Shown here piece by piece: positions 59,651-64,000 of a DNA stretch of 64,000 bases (its first letter is position 1; each line of letters starts with the position of its first letter). This DNA comes from Agathobacter sp. (GTDB lineage: Bacteria > Bacillota > Clostridia > Lachnospirales > Lachnospiraceae), in assembly GCA_045633955.1 (NCBI GenBank), contig JAZQZJ010000085.1, positions 471 to 64,470 of the forward strand, written 5' to 3'. A model generated the notes under the pieces. It was given only the letters and a program-made list of their open reading frames with translations, ran no database searches and was not told the DNA's origin. The translations under genes and the position numbers were made by a program.

Positions 59651-60556
59651 ATGTTAGATGTATTAACCCGTGCAGGGTGTTTTGTTGCAATTATTATTGT
59701 GGGCTATGTACTTCGTAGAATGAATTTTTTTAAAGAAGGTGATTTTGCTGTTTTGTCAAAAATTACATTGAAGATTACATTGCCGGCAGCCTTTATTTCG
59801 AATTTTTCAGGGAAAAAGTTAGATCCGTCCATGTTGTCCTTCACTTTGATGGCATTGGGAGCTGGTATCTTGTATATGATTTTGGGATATGTGATTCATC
59901 TAGGAAAAAGTAAAGAAGAAAAAGCTTTTGGGGTCTTAAATCTTCCTGGGTATAATATTGGAAACTTTACGATTCCTTTTGTACAGAGTTTTTTAGGACC
60001 AGTTGGTGTTATCACAACTAGTTTGTTTGATGCAGGAAATGCATTTATCTGTTTAGGTGGTGCCTTTGGAGTTGCATCTAGTATCAAAGGAACTGGTAAG
60101 TTTTCCATGAAACGAGTGGTAAAAGCATTATCAAAGTCTGTGGCATTCCTGACCTGTATTACCATGATGATTTTGGGAATGCTAGGGATTACTCTTCCAG
60201 CACCAGTGATTGAGTTGGCAGGAATTGTTGGTGGTGCAAATGCTTTTATTGCTATGTTGATGCTTGGTGTTGGATTTAAACTTTCTGGTGATAAGAGTCA
60301 AATTGGAACCATTGTGAAAATACTGGGAGTTCGTTATGGAGTGGCATTTATTTTGGCTACAGTATTTTACCACTTGCCGTTGGAATTGGAAGCACGTACA
60401 GCGCTTATGGTATTGGCGTTTAGCCCTATTGGTTCAGCAGTGCCAGCATTTACAGAGGAAATGGGCGGTGATGCAGGTTTATCTGCAGCATTAAATTCGA
60501 TTTCCATTATTTGTAGCATTGTATTTATGGTATCGATACTGTTATTTATGTTATAA
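59651..60556 (+). CDS. AEC (auxin efflux carrier) family transporter
   Basis: KITLPA, GYNIGNFTIPF motifs; multi-TM. Confidence 0.82.
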   Translation: MLDVLTRAGCFVAIIIVGYVLRRMNFFKEGDFAVLSKITLKITLPAAFISNFSGKKLDPSMLSFTLMALGAGILYMILGYVIHLGKSKEEKAFGVLNLPGYNIGNFTIPFVQSFLGPVGVITTSLFDAGNAFICLGGAFGVASSIKGTGKFSMKRVVKALSKSVAFLTCITMMILGMLGITLPAPVIELAGIVGGANAFIAMLMLGVGFKLSGDKSQIGTIVKILGVRYGVAFILATVFYHLPLELEARTALMVLAFSPIGSAVPAFTEEMGGDAGLSAALNSISIICSIVFMVSILLFML

Positions 60557-60568
60557 GGAGGCATACAT

Positions 60569-61564
60569 ATGAAGCGTAATAATTTTTTAGATGTACTAAA
60601 GGGAATCTGTATTTTATTAGTTATTCTGACACATTTTGATTGGGTAGAAGCAGAGCGTTTGAAATATTTCTTCCCATACTGGATGAATCCAGCAGTACCA
60701 ATTTTTATGATTACATCTGGATATGTGTACACAGAATCATTTAAGAGAAAAGACGTTGCTACCTTTAAACAGGCATATGCACTAAAAGGAATTATTGATA
60801 AGGCAATCCGTTATACGGTACCGTTGGTTTTGATATATGCAATTGAGATTCCATTAAAAATGATTGTGTTTCAGAAGGCGCTTAGTTTAGGTGATATTTT
60901 AAATCAGTTTTGGCAAGGTGGCTGGGGACCAGGTAGTTACTACTATACCTATATGATGCAGTTCATTTTTGTTTTTCCATTGATTTATTTTGTGATTCGC
61001 AAGTGGGATTTTAATGGACTGTTACTGTGTGGTGCTGCAAATGTTTTTTACGAAATTATCAAAGTGCCAATGGGTATGACAGGAGATACTTTCCGACTCA
61101 TTGTGCTTCGTTACATATTTGCAATGGCACTTGGTTGCTATTTTAGTATGGGAAAAGTTAAGATTAAGAAATGGATGGCAGTTGCATCCTTTGTGTTTGG
61201 TGCCGTATTTATTTATGCTGTATGTTATGCAGGATATAAGCCTTTATTCTTCTATCGTTGGTCACGTACCTCGATGTTAGCAGTATTCTATATTGCTCCA
61301 ATCACCTATTGGCTCATTAAAAATTGTAAATGGGAATGCAAACCATTAGCATTGATTGGGAAGGCATCCTATAATGTGTTCTTTGTCCAGATGGTATACT
61401 TCCATATGGCAAACCGTATTTTTGATGGTGTAGAAGGAAACTTCGGTGGAATGTTAACTGCTTATACCATTTGTATCGTGTTAGGACTTTTGTTCTATAA
61501 GATTGAATCGCCAATTACAAAAAAAGTATTATCTTGGAATGCGAAAATGTTTGCTAAGGGATAA
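60569..61564 (+). CDS. Acyltransferase-3 family membrane acyltransferase
   Basis: LDVLKGICILLVILTH, AVPIFMITSGY, IGKASY. Confidence 0.85.
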   Translation: MKRNNFLDVLKGICILLVILTHFDWVEAERLKYFFPYWMNPAVPIFMITSGYVYTESFKRKDVATFKQAYALKGIIDKAIRYTVPLVLIYAIEIPLKMIVFQKALSLGDILNQFWQGGWGPGSYYYTYMMQFIFVFPLIYFVIRKWDFNGLLLCGAANVFYEIIKVPMGMTGDTFRLIVLRYIFAMALGCYFSMGKVKIKKWMAVASFVFGAVFIYAVCYAGYKPLFFYRWSRTSMLAVFYIAPITYWLIKNCKWECKPLALIGKASYNVFFVQMVYFHMANRIFDGVEGNFGGMLTAYTICIVLGLLFYKIESPITKKVLSWNAKMFAKG

Positions 61565-61577
61565 AATGGAGGTACAT

Positions 61578-62219
61578 ATGAAAAAGAAAAGTAACTTAAT
61601 TGTTGTATTAGCACTGGTTGTGTTAACAGCATTTGCGTTAGTTGGTTGTGAATGGGCTGGTTTTGGCAGTAGTCTAAATGAGCTTTCTGGAAATATAAAA
61701 GGTAATACCTATGAATGTCAGTTTTATTCAAATTCTGGTGAGGAATTTATGACTGCTGAAGGCCAGAATATCAAAATTTCAGCCAACCTTGTAGATGAAT
61801 ACACCTATAATGGAGAGAATTGGGAACGTACAGAAACCATGTCTTCGGTTATTACAATTACCATTGACGGAAAACAGATTGAAAGCTGTGGAAGTACCGT
61901 TCTTTTTGTAGAAAAGGGATTAAAACCGGATGTAGAATTTGATACAACAGATATTCATATTTCTAGTGACTCAGATGGTATTGGAGATTTGACTATCATC
62001 GCAGAAACAGTAAACAAATACAAAAACTATTTTGGTAAAGGTACAGTTGTAGTCATCCAGAGTCAGTTGGGAGATCCAATCTGTGCATTTTCTGGTGATG
62101 ATGTGTATTGGGAAGTAAGTGATAATCTTCCAAAGACAACGAAACTTATGATTGATGGAAGAGCGCTTTATATCCATAGAGCGAATTTCCAGATTATTGA
62201 TAAGGAATTGTTGCAGTAG
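61578..62219 (+). CDS. Putative lipoprotein (DUF5052-like)
   Basis: GGAGG RBS; signal peptide with LVGC lipobox; SSVITITIDGK, IQSQLG, LPKTTKLMIDG, HRANFQI. Confidence 0.7.
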   Translation: MKKKSNLIVVLALVVLTAFALVGCEWAGFGSSLNELSGNIKGNTYECQFYSNSGEEFMTAEGQNIKISANLVDEYTYNGENWERTETMSSVITITIDGKQIESCGSTVLFVEKGLKPDVEFDTTDIHISSDSDGIGDLTIIAETVNKYKNYFGKGTVVVIQSQLGDPICAFSGDDVYWEVSDNLPKTTKLMIDGRALYIHRANFQIIDKELLQ

Positions 62220-62233
62220 CATTTTGAATGCGT

Positions 62234-62265
62234 ATAGCCGAATGATTTTGGAATCATTCGGCTAT
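62234..62265. terminator. Bidirectional terminator
   Basis: ATAGCCGAATGATT-TTGG-AATCATTCGGCTAT. Confidence 0.7.
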
Positions 62266-63393
62266 TTTTATTAAACGGAATACCTGTTCTACCGTTGCTA
62301 TTATATTTTCTCTTGTGATAGAAGGTTCCATCGCTTCTTCTAAAGTTTGTACTTTTCTAAGAATTGAGAAAAATGCATCAATGCCATGTTCGTTACAGGT
62401 GACAGCATCATTTGTTGCCATACCGGCAAATGCAAGGACTGTTTTGTCATACTTTTTTGCTAGCTTTGCTACACCGATAGGTGCTTTTCCAAGTATAGTT
62501 TGTCCATCCAATCTGCCTTCTCCAGTGATAACAATATCTGCATCTTTGATATCTTTTTCTAGATTGGTTTCTTCAAGAAAGATTTTGACACCGGATTCTA
62601 GGACTGCATTGGTGTAGGATAAAAAGGCGAAGCCCATTCCGCCAGCAGCGCCAGTGCCAGGATAGGTAGCATCAGCATTTTTGTATTTTTCAGAAGTCAA
62701 TTTGGCATAAGAAGCAAGCCAATTGTCCATCTGAAGAATCATGGATGGGTCTGCACCTTTTTGTGGACCGAATACTGCACTACAACCAAATTCGCCACAT
62801 AAAGGATTTGTAACATCACATGCAATGCGGAAAGTACATTCCTTTAATTCAGGAATGACATTGTCATCTGTGATTGTCATAAGTTCTTTTAAACCCTTTG
62901 CACCAAAAGGTACTTGTTTTCCTTCTTTATCTAACATTCCAAATCCCAATGCCTGAAGCATGCCGATTCCGCCATCGTTTGTTGCACTTCCGCCGATTCC
63001 AACGATGAAATGACGACATCCTTTCGAAATAGCGTCTTCGATGATTTCTCCGACACCATAGGTTGTTGTGTGGAAAGGATTTCTCATTACGTCTGGAACG
63101 AGTGTAATTCCCGCTGCACTAGCCATTTCGATAATGGCGGTGTTGCTTTCTTCTAAAATTCCATAAACACAATTTACAGGTGCTCCTAATGGTCCAGTCA
63201 CCTTTATATTTATCAGTTTTCCGCCCATGCCAATCGTGAGCGCATCTATAGTGCCTTCACCACCATCTGCAAGGGGATGTACAGATACTTCTGCATTGGC
63301 TATGGCTTTTAAAATTCCATGTTTGATTGCATCGCCAGCTTCTAAAGAAGATAGGCTACCTTTAAATGAGTCAATTGCTACTACAACTTTCAT
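62254..63393 (-). CDS. Glycerate kinase
   Basis: MKVVVAIDSFKGS, ADGGEGT, GIGGSATNDGG, FGPQKGA, GAAGG, TGEG. Confidence 0.93.
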   Translation of the reverse strand: MKVVVAIDSFKGSLSSLEAGDAIKHGILKAIANAEVSVHPLADGGEGTIDALTIGMGGKLINIKVTGPLGAPVNCVYGILEESNTAIIEMASAAGITLVPDVMRNPFHTTTYGVGEIIEDAISKGCRHFIVGIGGSATNDGGIGMLQALGFGMLDKEGKQVPFGAKGLKELMTITDDNVIPELKECTFRIACDVTNPLCGEFGCSAVFGPQKGADPSMILQMDNWLASYAKLTSEKYKNADATYPGTGAAGGMGFAFLSYTNAVLESGVKIFLEETNLEKDIKDADIVITGEGRLDGQTILGKAPIGVAKLAKKYDKTVLAFAGMATNDAVTCNEHGIDAFFSILRKVQTLEEAMEPSITRENIIATVEQVFRLIKIAE

Positions 63394-63651
63394 GTTTCGT
63401 ACTTCTTTCTTTTGGTTTAAGATATGATACCATGTTATTGATCTATTATCCATGTTTAGATCTCCTAAATTACAATATGAAAGTTAGTATGATAAGTAAA
63501 CTATAGATAAAATTTTCACAATTATATATTTTATGCTAAAGATTGTAAGGTAATTTGGAGAATTGGAAGTAACAGAATAGACGAATTGCACACAATGTGA
63601 TAAAATGGGAGCATTGATTTAAATAAATGAAAACGAAACGGAGAACATACA

Positions 63652-64000
63652 ATGAAAAAATTAGCTTTTGGTCTTATGAGACTTCCTCAATTAGATGAAA
63701 ACGATGGTACATCCATTGATATTGAACGCGTAAAAGGAATGGCAGATGCTTTTATGGAAGCGGGATTTAACTATTTTGATACTGCAGCACCATATCATGG
63801 AAAGCATAGCGAAATCGCTTTTCGTGAAGCAGTTGTAAAAAGATATCCTCGTGAAAGCTATACTGTAACAGATAAATTATCTTTTGGTATGATTGACAAA
63901 GCAGAAGATATGCAGAGCTTTTTTGATGCACAGTTAGAAAGACTGGGAGTGGAATACATAGATATTTATTTGCTTCATGCACTTAGTGCGACATCATATG
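63652..64000 (+). CDS. Aldo/keto reductase (3'-truncated by window edge; absent from ORF track)
   Basis: Hand translation MKKLAFGLMRLP...GFNYFDTAAPYH...SE...KRYPRES...YIDIYLLH. Confidence 0.88.
   Translation, partial: MKKLAFGLMRLPQLDENDGTSIDIERVKGMADAFMEAGFNYFDTAAPYHGKHSEIAFREAVVKRYPRESYTVTDKLSFGMIDKAEDMQSFFDAQLERLGVEYIDIYLLHALSATSY

Noticed and set aside
1400-63982. Numerous 60-180 aa ORFs antisense to or nested in long genes
   Set aside because: Shadow ORFs of well-supported genes, without RBS or family motifs

Overview
Low-GC Clostridia chromosome window, most consistent with a spore-forming, chemotactic gut Lachnospiraceae-like organism (inferred from spoIIP, a Csp-type subtilase, an MCP and a bile salt hydrolase). 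It is mostly housekeeping: holA-rpsT-spoIIP-udp-cdd-deoB-lepA-hemW, two MATE pumps, a ClpX paralog with an Mre11/Rad50-like pair, citrate synthase, argJ-proC, three tandem tRNA-Gly(GCC), thyA-folA, ilvBN, galKT, hisC, pcrA and rlmD. A more accessory stretch follows rlmD (about 44.7-64 kb). No integrase, transposase, cas gene or canonical CRISPR array is visible. The most unusual signal is non-coding. Two ~800-bp gaps between convergent genes (9490-10309 and 56748-57536) share a ~104-bp structured element in opposite orientations. In each gap it is followed by an array of short inverted motif pairs at a fixed distance with variable AT-rich filler (CCTAG-N23-CTAGG x6, period 52-53 bp; YATCT-N21-RGATR x4), and both gaps also hold long imperfect hairpins. 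Other leads: a GspS-type ATP-grasp fused to an unknown domain facing a DUF2207-like protein with a Gly-rich tail, an IMPase plus membrane-protein cassette, and a 14-aa-repeat orphan at the rlmD 3' end. All calls come from reading sequence and motifs by eye; no searches were run.
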